Shown: one piece after another, positions 18,491 through 25,303 of the stretch
Numbering within the stretch: the stretch's first letter is position 1
Layout of the letters: every line of letters begins with the position of its first letter
Virus record (IMG/VR): IMGVR_UViG_3300032373_000049
Location: 1-38,182 of that record
DNA: 38,182 nucleotides
Direction: 5' to 3' (one strand)
DNA from: a virus
Lineage: Duplodnaviria; Caudoviricetes
Notes under the pieces: generated by a model
The model's input: only the letters and a program-made list of their open reading frames with translations
Databases searched by the model: none
Told to the model about the DNA's origin: nothing
Program-made: the position numbers and the translations under genes

Positions 18491-19179
18491 ACCGTGCAAA
18501 ATTCTTCGCAAGTGTTCGGGGGTCGCGCGTTATCGGTCGCACACTGTCACAGCATCAGGTTGACGGTATCGAGGCGCTGCTAGATTCATGCGCGCGAAAC
18601 GGTGTCACTGACCCCCACCATATCGCCAACATTCTAGCGCAGGCGTCGCGCGAAACCGGGCGGCGCATGTATCCGGTTCGCGAAACGTTTGCGGACAGCG
18701 ATGCACAAGCCATAGCGCGCCTAGATCGGGCGTTTGCAAAGGGCCAATTGACGTGGGTTTCATCGCCATATTGGCGTGACGGATGGTTCGGGCGTGGGTT
18801 TATCCAGATCACGCATCGGGACAACTACCGCAAGCTAGGCACGCGCCTTGGCGTCAACCTGATCGGCAACCCGCAACGGGCGCTTGACCTAGCCACTAGC
18901 GCTGATATCGCCGTAGTTGGCATGTCGGAGGGCATGTTCACCGGTCGCAAATTGTCAGACTATGATTTCCCGGCAGCGCTTACGTTACTACCATCGCGCA
19001 ACCCGCGACGAATTGTAAACGGCAATGACGGGTCCGATGCAGAGGTCGCGGCATCGCACGCTAAATTCCACGCTGCAATCATGACGGCGGCTGAATCAGC
19101 GCCGGGCGGCATGGTGCGGCCCACGCGCGAAAAACGCGGATTGCTGGGCATTCTCGACAGGCTATTCGGCGCGATATAG
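18487..19179 (+). CDS. Endolysin, GH19 (chitinase-like lysozyme) family
   Basis: ILAQASRETG and FGRGFIQITHRDNY motifs; PRRIVNG motif. Confidence 0.88.
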   Translation: MNRAKFFASVRGSRVIGRTLSQHQVDGIEALLDSCARNGVTDPHHIANILAQASRETGRRMYPVRETFADSDAQAIARLDRAFAKGQLTWVSSPYWRDGWFGRGFIQITHRDNYRKLGTRLGVNLIGNPQRALDLATSADIAVVGMSEGMFTGRKLSDYDFPAALTLLPSRNPRRIVNGNDGSDAEVAASHAKFHAAIMTAAESAPGGMVRPTREKRGLLGILDRLFGAI

Positions 19180-19188
19180 GAGACTGAA

Positions 19189-19374
19189 ATGGACTATGCA
19201 CCAATTGCACGCATCATTTTGCGATACCTTGTTGGCGCGGGCGTGATGGGGTCAACCGTTATGGGCGATTATCTCGCTGCTGACGCGGATCTCGTCATGT
19301 ACGCCAGCCTCGCTATAGGCGCTGCGGTAGAAGCCGCATACGGGCTTGCCAAGCGGCGCGGCGGGGCAACGTGA
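19189..19374 (+). CDS. Putative holin
   Basis: 61 aa, two TM segments, ARIILRYLVGA motif, basic C-terminus, AGGAG RBS, follows endolysin. Confidence 0.75.
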   Translation: MDYAPIARIILRYLVGAGVMGSTVMGDYLAADADLVMYASLAIGAAVEAAYGLAKRRGGAT

Positions 19375-19625
19375 TGCTGGGATTGCTTGGCCTTGACGGC
19401 TTGACTGGCATTCTGGCGGGCGCGCTTGCGGCAATCGTCGCGGTGTTCGGCGTCTATTTTCGCGGCAAATCACAGGGCAAGCGCAATGCGCAGGCCGATG
19501 CAGAAAGGGCGGATTATGAGAGGGCAACGGAAATCGAGGAAGCGGCTGACAGCGCGCGCGCGGCTCATGTTCCTGGCGCTGACGCTGATGAGTGGCTGCG
19601 GGATGCAGGGCATTTACGCGACTGA
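19371..19625 (+). CDS. Putative i-spanin (Rz-like)
   Basis: N-terminal TM followed by coiled-coil; follows holin. Confidence 0.65.
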   Translation: MMLGLLGLDGLTGILAGALAAIVAVFGVYFRGKSQGKRNAQADAERADYERATEIEEAADSARAAHVPGADADEWLRDAGHLRD

Positions 19626-19770
19626 GACCGAGCGGACGCTGTGCCGAGAGTTGCGCAGCGCCCTGCCGAGTTGGTCAGTCAATGACACCCAGCAATCCCG
19701 TGACGAGGGATCGCTATTCATCGCGGTATTCAACGAGGTGTGCCGTGATCGTGGATATGGGCGTCAGTGA
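19516..19770 (+). CDS. Putative o-spanin lipoprotein (Rz1-like), overlapping the i-spanin
   Basis: Basic N-region, hydrophobic core and lipobox LMSG-C; overlapped-frame arrangement typical of spanins; start codon uncertain. Confidence 0.65.
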   Translation: MRGQRKSRKRLTARARLMFLALTLMSGCGMQGIYATETERTLCRELRSALPSWSVNDTQQSRDEGSLFIAVFNEVCRDRGYGRQ

Positions 19771-20111
19771 TCTAGACCATCGCCTTCGGTCCAGTTGACC
19801 TCAATACAGGCGAGGCGGTGGCCATTTATAGATGCAAATTCATCAGCCCGTTCGCGAGAGTGGTGCGTGGTGCGGCCATCGTCGTAAAAATTCACCCACA
19901 TTGTCCCGCCCCTCTTCGGCGGTACCAGGTGTAAACGACGGTCAAGTGTAACAGACATTCCGTCCGCACGCCACCGCGCTGTATGCCACGACTCGCTGTC
20001 ACCGTTCTGGACCGCGCCTATGATGGGCCAATCACCCCCGCCGTCCAGCATAAGGATGCGGACGTGGTCACCGTTTTCCGTGGTTGCGTCGCCTAGCTTC
20101 CAGTCGATCAT
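19764..20111 (-). CDS. Hypothetical early protein
   Basis: GGAG RBS; 115 aa; last gene of leftward operon. Confidence 0.7.
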   Translation of the reverse strand: MIDWKLGDATTENGDHVRILMLDGGGDWPIIGAVQNGDSESWHTARWRADGMSVTLDRRLHLVPPKRGGTMWVNFYDDGRTTHHSRERADEFASINGHRLACIEVNWTEGDGLDH

Positions 20112-20114
20112 GTC

Positions 20115-20222
20115 TTATTCTCCAATGATATTGACCGCGTGTGCCGTATTGGCAATCGCCTTGACCGTTACCGGCGCGAGAACGGCGGTTGCAATGATTG
20201 CTGCGAGAATGACGCGGATCAC
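20115..20222 (-). CDS. 35-aa hydrophobic peptide (not in ORF track)
   Basis: GTG coupled to upstream TGA; MIRVILAAIIATAVLAPVTVKAIANTAHAVNIIGE fills the gap in the operon. Confidence 0.5.
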   Translation of the reverse strand: MIRVILAAIIATAVLAPVTVKAIANTAHAVNIIGE

Positions 20223-20494
20223 AGCCCAGCCCGCCTTGCATCCTGCGCAACGTCGCGGCGCATAGCCTCGCGAAGTTTTGCCCTTGCGGCGCTCGTGGCG
20301 AGGTCCAGCAATGCGCCTAGCGCCCGCTCTGGGTCACTGGCGCGCATAGCCTCAGATGCCAGTTGAGCGCCAATCTGCGCGGCGTTGACGCTATGGCCGG
20401 GGCGCTTGCGCTGCCACGCGGCCTGCACTGCCTCTGGCGTGCCGGGTTCTGGGTCGCCAAACATTGCGGTTGCGCTCATTCCTGTATGGTTCAT
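20219..20494 (-). CDS. Hypothetical protein
   Basis: GAGGAGG RBS, ATGA coupling. Confidence 0.65.
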   Translation of the reverse strand: MNHTGMSATAMFGDPEPGTPEAVQAAWQRKRPGHSVNAAQIGAQLASEAMRASDPERALGALLDLATSAARAKLREAMRRDVAQDARRAGL

Positions 20495-20853
20495 GATAAT
20501 TCCTCCTCGCTATATCCATCCGCGTATTCCTGCCACTCGGCAGCGATTTCAGATGCAATGGTTACGAGCGCATCAGCATACCCGCCAAGCTCGTCCATGT
20601 CGTCTGCCGTGATCCATGACGCCTTATTGCGCAGGTCCAGACCAAGGCCGAGCGCCTCCATGAGCGTTTGCACCGGCTCGTCACCGACTCGGCGGGCGGC
20701 TTCCTGCGTGGCGCAAATCAGCACATCCAGCGCGGCGATATTTGCGGCAGCAGGTGTTGCCATCCACCCAAGCGCATCACTGAGCCGCCGCGCATCCGAC
20801 TGAATCGTTTGGTCAACAATTGCGGCGGCGCGTTCTTCGAGTGCTTTCGTCAT
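20491..20853 (-). CDS. Hypothetical acidic helical protein
   Basis: AAGGA RBS, 120 aa. Confidence 0.7.
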   Translation of the reverse strand: MTKALEERAAAIVDQTIQSDARRLSDALGWMATPAAANIAALDVLICATQEAARRVGDEPVQTLMEALGLGLDLRNKASWITADDMDELGGYADALVTIASEIAAEWQEYADGYSEEELS

Positions 20854-20866
20854 GTCATCGTTCCTT

Positions 20867-20938
20867 TTATGCGTTGAGTTTTACAGAACGCGCCATCGCA
20901 ATCAGCATGTCGCGAAATTCGGGCGGTGTAGCAATGCG
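20867..20938 (-). pseudogene. Relic 3' end of a deleted phage gene (RIATPPEFRDMLIAMARSVKLNA*)
   Basis: Resembles the TPPEFRDLL C-terminus of a phage methyltransferase-like family (recalled, not searched); in-frame stop shortly upstream and no upstream start. Confidence 0.4.
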
Positions 20939-20947
20939 TGGGGTCCT

Positions 20948-21145
20948 TTATGTTGAGTCGTTTTCAGCTTCGCAAAGCGCATGATCTTCTGCGCTGGCGT
21001 CGTAGTTATCGCGGCGATAATCACAGGCGGCACAACCGCATTCATCAAAGCCGCAGGTGCAACAATCAGGGCAGTCGCCACAATCACAGATCGGCCCTGT
21101 GGCCCACTGTCCGCAGTCGCATGTCTTGCAGTATGGCTGGGTCAT
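20948..21145 (-). CDS. Cys-rich, metallothionein-like small protein (65 aa, 13 Cys)
   Basis: AAGGA RBS before ATG 21145; CxxCxC...CxCxxCxxCCxCxxxxCxCxxC pattern. Confidence 0.6.
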   Translation of the reverse strand: MTQPYCKTCDCGQWATGPICDCGDCPDCCTCGFDECGCAACDYRRDNYDASAEDHALCEAENDST

Positions 21146-21176
21146 AGGGCGTCCTTTCGTGCGTGGTGGGCGGGGC

Positions 21177-21476
21177 TTACGCCCCTGCCATGATTTCATC
21201 AATCTTCTCGTCGGTGTATCCCGCCTTTTTCATCGACTTGATGTTGCGCTCACGCCAGCGGGCGGCGGCGACTTCTCCGACATGGTCATAGCTTTCCGCC
21301 GCTGGTTGGTCCTCACTGCCTTCCGTCCAGACGATGTCTGCCTTGGAGTGACCGAAGCGGATTGTTGCGCCTTTCTCATAGAAACTAACGAGAATTGCGG
21401 CGGCGGCGATTTCCTTGCAGGCAGCTTGGTAGTTTCCGGCGCTATCGAATACTTTAATGTTCGGCGTTCCTGACAT
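21177..21476 (-). CDS. Hypothetical early protein
   Basis: TAAGGA RBS, 99 aa. Confidence 0.75.
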   Translation of the reverse strand: MSGTPNIKVFDSAGNYQAACKEIAAAAILVSFYEKGATIRFGHSKADIVWTEGSEDQPAAESYDHVGEVAAARWRERNIKSMKKAGYTDEKIDEIMAGA

Positions 21477-21518
21477 TGGTTCGTTCCTTATCGTTGGTGG
21501 GGCCTAAGCCCCTGGTTG

Positions 21519-21713
21519 TCATACGGCAACTTGCGGGTTGCGTTGCGCGCTGCAATCCCGGTGCCCTCGGTCATAGTGTACGCATTGCCCGATCAAATCC
21601 ATGCGACCCTGCAATCCGTGTGCCTTTCCTTGCGCGTAACGCCGTGATGCAAGCTGATCATCGGCGGTAAAATCTGCCATATCCTTGCGCGGGTATTCTG
21701 CCATGATGGTCAT
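21519..21713 (-). CDS. Hypothetical early protein (64 aa)
   Basis: AAGGA RBS before ATG 21713. Confidence 0.6.
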   Translation of the reverse strand: MTIMAEYPRKDMADFTADDQLASRRYAQGKAHGLQGRMDLIGQCVHYDRGHRDCSAQRNPQVAV

Positions 21714-21744
21714 CGTCTCGGTTCCTTGTTGTTGGTGCCGGGGC

Positions 21745-21897
21745 TTACGTCGGCGCCGGGATTTTGGTGCGGTCACGCATCCGCGTGAGAGCGGCGATCC
21801 CTGCGTCAAGGGCGCATTCCTCAAGTTTGTCGTCGGTCTGCATCCGCGCTTCCCAAAGCAGTTTGGCTAGGTCGTTAAGCTTTTGGGCTGTAAGCAT
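21745..21897 (-). CDS. 50-aa first gene of leftward early operon (not in ORF track)
   Basis: GAGGA RBS; MLTAQKLNDLAKLLWEARMQTDDKLEECALDAGIAALTRMRDRTKIPAPT. Confidence 0.65.
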   Translation of the reverse strand: MLTAQKLNDLAKLLWEARMQTDDKLEECALDAGIAALTRMRDRTKIPAPT

Positions 21898-21931
21898 GTC
21901 ATCGTTCCTCTTCTGCGTTTCGTCTAATTAC

Positions 21932-21960
21932 ACGTTACGTTAGCATCTACAACGCGTCAA
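21932..21960 (-). promoter_or_regulatory. Leftward sigma70-type promoter
   Basis: TTGACG-17-TAACGT upstream of 21897. Confidence 0.7.
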
Positions 21961-22003
21961 GCATTATTTCCGACAAACATGTAATTATTTAACCAGCCAT
22001 GTG

Positions 22004-22032
22004 TTGACTTGCGGAAAACATGCCTGTAAAGT
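22004..22032 (+). promoter_or_regulatory. Rightward sigma70-type promoter, probably giving a leaderless mRNA; overlapped by an inverted repeat
   Basis: TTGACT-17-TAAAGT with ATG 7 nt downstream; GTGTTGACTT...AAGTCAACGC inverted repeat. Confidence 0.7.
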
Positions 22033-22038
22033 CAACGC

Positions 22039-22545
22039 ATGAATATTGGATATGGCATAAACCGGCGCGTCAAAGACTTCGCCAAGGCAGACATCTACCG
22101 CGATGCGTTCGGTGATCTGCGCGTATGGATCGACACCAACAAAGAGGTGCGGCCTAATTTTTCTGAAATGCTTATGCTGATCGGCGCTGGCGACACTGTG
22201 TTCGTGGTCTCTATGGCTGATCTGGGGCAGGGGTTCGACATGGCTGAGAACAAGCGCAAGATCGAAGTGACGGGCGCGACCATTGCCCTCGTGGATAGCG
22301 CAGCGCCCCCGCCAGAGCCACGCAAGCCAGGGCCTAAGCCGCGCTGGCCGAGCATTCCCGCAGATGTTGTACGGGCTGGCGCTACCAAGTGGCATAATCC
22401 TGACATTTACACATGGCAGGCCGCGATTAAGGAATTCCACGATGCGGGATTTGGGTGGGTCACGCGGGCCACGCTTAACGACAACATCGGCACCCGGAGC
22501 AATCCGAAACCGATTGCAGAAATGGAGGGTCAGGCGAATGAGTGA
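22039..22545 (+). CDS. Degenerate serine-resolvase-like DNA-binding protein
   Basis: MNIGY, RPNFSEMLMLIGAGDTVFVVSMADLG, KPGPKPR and VTRATL echo resolvase motifs; catalytic RVS and DRLxR residues absent. Confidence 0.6.
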   Translation: MNIGYGINRRVKDFAKADIYRDAFGDLRVWIDTNKEVRPNFSEMLMLIGAGDTVFVVSMADLGQGFDMAENKRKIEVTGATIALVDSAAPPPEPRKPGPKPRWPSIPADVVRAGATKWHNPDIYTWQAAIKEFHDAGFGWVTRATLNDNIGTRSNPKPIAEMEGQANE

Positions 22546-22798
22546 GCGCTTAACAGATGGGCAATTAGTGGCACGATGCGCAGATGCTTGGGCGGCAGTC
22601 CCGTCCACTTCACGGTGGCGGCACACGAAAACAGGCGGGGTATATGAGGCTCAAGGTGTCGCCCTCACATCAAGAAATCTGGACCCTGTGGTGATCTACG
22701 TAAACGTAAACGGCAAAGGCCCATCATTTACGCGGTCATCGTCGGAATTTCTTGACGGTCGGTTTGAGCGCATCAACGATAAGGAGGGCGAACGATGA
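22538..22798 (+). CDS. DUF1653-like protein
   Basis: WRHTKTGGVYE...VVIY...FTRSSSEFLDGRF motif; GGAGG RBS. Confidence 0.7.
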   Translation: MSERLTDGQLVARCADAWAAVPSTSRWRHTKTGGVYEAQGVALTSRNLDPVVIYVNVNGKGPSFTRSSSEFLDGRFERINDKEGER

Positions 22799-23052
22799 TT
22801 GAGTGGCTGGATATAACTTGTGCGCCAAAGGACGGAACGGCAGTTCTTTTGTATGTTGATGGTGTGGCAATAGAGGCCAAGTGGGATGACCAAAAGAGAC
22901 CAGATGGGTCTAGGTATGGAGGTGGGGTATGGCGCGTCGAGGGCGTTCCTAGCCACGGCTGCGGCTGCTGTTCATCAGAAAATTCGCCTGCGACACATTG
23001 GGCTGTTCTTAATCTTCCAACCACACCAAAGGAGGGTCAGACGGATGAGTGA
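22795..23052 (+). CDS. DUF551-like small phage protein
   Basis: W..I..APKDGT...ATHW..L motif; AAGGAGG RBS. Confidence 0.7.
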   Translation: MIEWLDITCAPKDGTAVLLYVDGVAIEAKWDDQKRPDGSRYGGGVWRVEGVPSHGCGCCSSENSPATHWAVLNLPTTPKEGQTDE

Positions 23053-23257
23053 GCTGGCTTACATGATTGGCGTTAAAGCCGGTCTCGAAATGGCCGCAAG
23101 GTTTTGTGAGCGCAACGAAATGGGCATAAGCACAAAGGCCGGTGGCAAATACACGCCCGGCCATTCGGTGGCGTTTGAGTTAGGGCAGGGGACGCACCCC
23201 GGCATGGGCTACGCCTCTGCTCTGCGGGCGCTTGCACAGAAGGAGGGTGAAACGTGA
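23045..23257 (+). CDS. Hypothetical protein
   Basis: AGGAGG RBS, coupled. Confidence 0.65.
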   Translation: MSELAYMIGVKAGLEMAARFCERNEMGISTKAGGKYTPGHSVAFELGQGTHPGMGYASALRALAQKEGET

Positions 23258-23409
23258 TTGCCTTGGATGAGCGGCGCGCACGGATTGAACAGCAAGCGCA
23301 AGAGGCAGCGGCACAAATGGTAGGTCTGACTGCTGATCAGGTTCGCACTGTACTGTACGCCCTTTCGCGGGCGGGCTACGCGGTAACACATAAGGAGGGT
23401 GAAACATGA
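23254..23409 (+). CDS. 51-aa hypothetical protein (not in ORF track)
   Basis: AAGGAGG RBS, GTGA coupling, ends KEGET like the preceding gene. Confidence 0.6.
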   Translation: MIALDERRARIEQQAQEAAAQMVGLTADQVRTVLYALSRAGYAVTHKEGET

Positions 23410-23723
23410 AGCCTGATTGCATGTTTCCACGAGACGGCCAGCCCTGCATTGGCTACCGGTTGGCATCGTCACAACTCGCTGACATGGTGCGCGGATTGCG
23501 TGAAATTGCTGGGAATTGTCCATGCACTTGCGCGCCCGAATATCATGAACGAGGCTTGATCGCGCCTGATTGCCTTGCTGCATTGGCTGGCGATGACGCG
23601 CGGCGGGCGCTTGGTGATTTGCCAAACTGCCTTGGAGCGATAGCTGCGCGACGAAAAGCGTTGGACGAGATTTGCCGGATCGGCCAAGAATTCGACACTG
23701 CACCAAAGGAGCCAAAGACATGA
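23406..23723 (+). CDS. Cys-containing hypothetical protein
   Basis: AAGGAGG RBS, ATGA coupling. Confidence 0.65.
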   Translation: MKPDCMFPRDGQPCIGYRLASSQLADMVRGLREIAGNCPCTCAPEYHERGLIAPDCLAALAGDDARRALGDLPNCLGAIAARRKALDEICRIGQEFDTAPKEPKT

Positions 23724-23908
23724 GTGAAATATGCGCCGAGTGTGGCCTGCCCGTAAAGGTTTGCTCTGGGATCGTGCTGGCCTGCATGGCTGTTGCCGAG
23801 ATGCAAGGGGTGCCACCCTCTGAGGGCATAGGGCTGTATCGCGAAGCTATGGAAGGGGCCTTCAGGAAAATTTTCATTGGCAGCAACAAGGAGGGCCAGA
23901 AAGAATGA
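23720..23908 (+). CDS. Hypothetical protein (CxxC...C)
   Basis: AAGGAG RBS, ATGA coupling. Confidence 0.6.
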   Translation: MSEICAECGLPVKVCSGIVLACMAVAEMQGVPPSEGIGLYREAMEGAFRKIFIGSNKEGQKE

Positions 23909-24162
23909 CCCAGACAAGACAGCAACGCGCCCGCGAAATGCTTATCGGCATGGGTGTTGAGAGCGCAGCAGACTTCCCGGATAAATCACTGGGTGTAAAG
24001 CACGAAAGAAACAGAAAGATTGTCGAGGCGGTAATTTTTAACGGCTGGACGTTGCGGAAAGCTGGAACCGTGTACGGCGTTTCCTGCGAACGGGCGCGGG
24101 GTATCGCCCTTGCGGCTGTTCGCAGGCTTGTCGGCAGATGTGTGAATAGGGAGGGCGATTAA
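23905..24162 (+). CDS. HTH protein, sigma70 region-4-like
   Basis: RNRKIV...GWTLRKAGTVYGVSCERARGI matches the TLxExGxxxGVSRERxRQI pattern. Confidence 0.65.
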   Translation: MTQTRQQRAREMLIGMGVESAADFPDKSLGVKHERNRKIVEAVIFNGWTLRKAGTVYGVSCERARGIALAAVRRLVGRCVNREGD

Positions 24163-24166
24163 CCTC

Positions 24167-24195
24167 TTGACACAAGCCCGGCCATCGCGCACCAT
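24167..24195 (+). promoter_or_regulatory. Sigma70-type promoter for candidate sRNA
   Basis: TTGACA-17-CACCAT with no downstream ORF. Confidence 0.55.
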
Positions 24196-24200
24196 GTTCT

Positions 24201-24264
24201 GACTACTCCTTGTTGAAAATCCTCCTCTGATATTGGGCCACCCCGCAAAGGGTGGCCTCTTTTT
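24201..24264 (+). ncRNA. Candidate anti-Shine-Dalgarno sRNA (~60 nt)
   Basis: Own promoter, two aSD tracts (CTCCTT, TCCTCCT) and intrinsic terminator. Confidence 0.5.
24236..24264 (+). terminator. Rho-independent terminator
   Basis: GGCCACCC-CGCAAA-GGGTGGCC followed by TCTTTTT, between convergent operons. Confidence 0.85.
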
Positions 24265-24267
24265 ATG

Positions 24268-24513
24268 TCACATGCCCAGCGCGGATAGATAAACCTCCAT
24301 CACCGCGTTTTCCTCGGCAACATCATCGGCGGCGCGCTTACGGATGGCAACGATCTTGCGAATGATCCCGGCGTCATAGCCGCGCGCTTTGGCCTCCGCC
24401 ATGACGTCCTTCACCTGGTCGGCAATGTCGCGCTTTTCAGCGTCTAAGCGCTCCACGCGCTCAATAAATTGGCGCAATTCGTCGGCGGTTACGGCGTATG
24501 CTGTGTTTGTCAT
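24268..24513 (-). CDS. gapR: GapR / DUF2312 nucleoid-associated protein homologue
   Basis: ADELRQFIERVERLDAEKRDIADQVKDVMAEAKARGYD...YLSALGM signature; start at ATG 24513. Confidence 0.92.
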   Translation of the reverse strand: MTNTAYAVTADELRQFIERVERLDAEKRDIADQVKDVMAEAKARGYDAGIIRKIVAIRKRAADDVAEENAVMEVYLSALGM

Positions 24514-24851
24514 CTTGATTTCTTCCCAAGTGTTAAAATTCCGAGCGCCCACAATCTGTCGTGTGTTTTCATAAGCGCTCGCAGAACGTCCTCGAACGTC
24601 CATTTGCAGTTTGACCGCCCGTCCAGCGCATCGTGGCAAGCCGAGCAGGCGAACAACGCGCGATAGTCTGGCGGCTTTATCGACATGCCACCAGCGCAGA
24701 ACATACGCAGATGGCACAGGACGACCGTTGCGGGGTCGCCATTGCAGCACGATAGGCCGAGGGTGCATTGTTCGCCCTTCGCCGCTGTGCGGGCTTCTGT
24801 GGGCGTGTTTGGCACCTTCTGGCCTAGCGGGCCTTTCCCGAGCAGGTTTAT
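24510..24851 (-). CDS. DUF1364 (YbcO-like) Zn-binding nuclease-domain protein
   Basis: AAKGEQCTL...C...TVVLCHLR...GMSIKPPD...ACSACHDALD; best RBS points to an ATA start at 24851. Confidence 0.8.
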   Translation of the reverse strand: MNLLGKGPLGQKVPNTPTEARTAAKGEQCTLGLSCCNGDPATVVLCHLRMFCAGGMSIKPPDYRALFACSACHDALDGRSNCKWTFEDVLRALMKTHDRLWALGILTLGKKSR

Positions 24852-25303
24852 TTTAATTCCTCCTCGTATTTCATGGCCTCTGGATCGGTGAGGCGGAAAC
24901 CGTTGCCCAGCCAATAGCGCTGCATTTCGTCCATGTATGCTGACATTTGCTTAGGGGTCATTAACCGCGTTACCGGGATGTCAAGAACGCGCATGGCCTC
25001 CAGCTTGGTTTCATAGCTAATGGGCTTCATGGTGGCATCGTATGACGCCCGGAACGCCTCGTTCCCCGCGCGCATGATAGGCACGCCAAAGTGCAGCTTG
25101 CAATATGCCCTGACTTCCTCGTGGGTCTGGTCGCCAAGCTGGCGCGAAATGTCGCTATACCACCGTTGAGAAAGACGGTTCGCTTGGCTTGACCGGCTAG
25201 CCCCGTTCGCGATTGTCACAGTCACCGGGAATTTGCCACGCGCTAGGAGGAACCTTCCCAGCGCGGGCACTTCGTCGGCACTTCTGATGACGCGCGTTGT
25301 CAT
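24848..25303 (-). CDS. NinB/YbcN-like recombination accessory protein
   Basis: RSSQANRLSQRWYSDISRQ, CKLHFGVPIMR and VTRLMTPKQMSAYMD motifs. Confidence 0.75.
   Translation of the reverse strand: MTTRVIRSADEVPALGRFLLARGKFPVTVTIANGASRSSQANRLSQRWYSDISRQLGDQTHEEVRAYCKLHFGVPIMRAGNEAFRASYDATMKPISYETKLEAMRVLDIPVTRLMTPKQMSAYMDEMQRYWLGNGFRLTDPEAMKYEEELK

Noticed and set aside
22039-22545. Active integrase or invertase
   Set aside because: Catalytic Ser and DRLxR motif absent; far too short for a large serine integrase
22524-23908. CRISPR mini-array or integron attC array
   Set aside because: Repeats are SD/start junctions with gene-sized irregular spacing, are not palindromic, and no cas or intI gene is present
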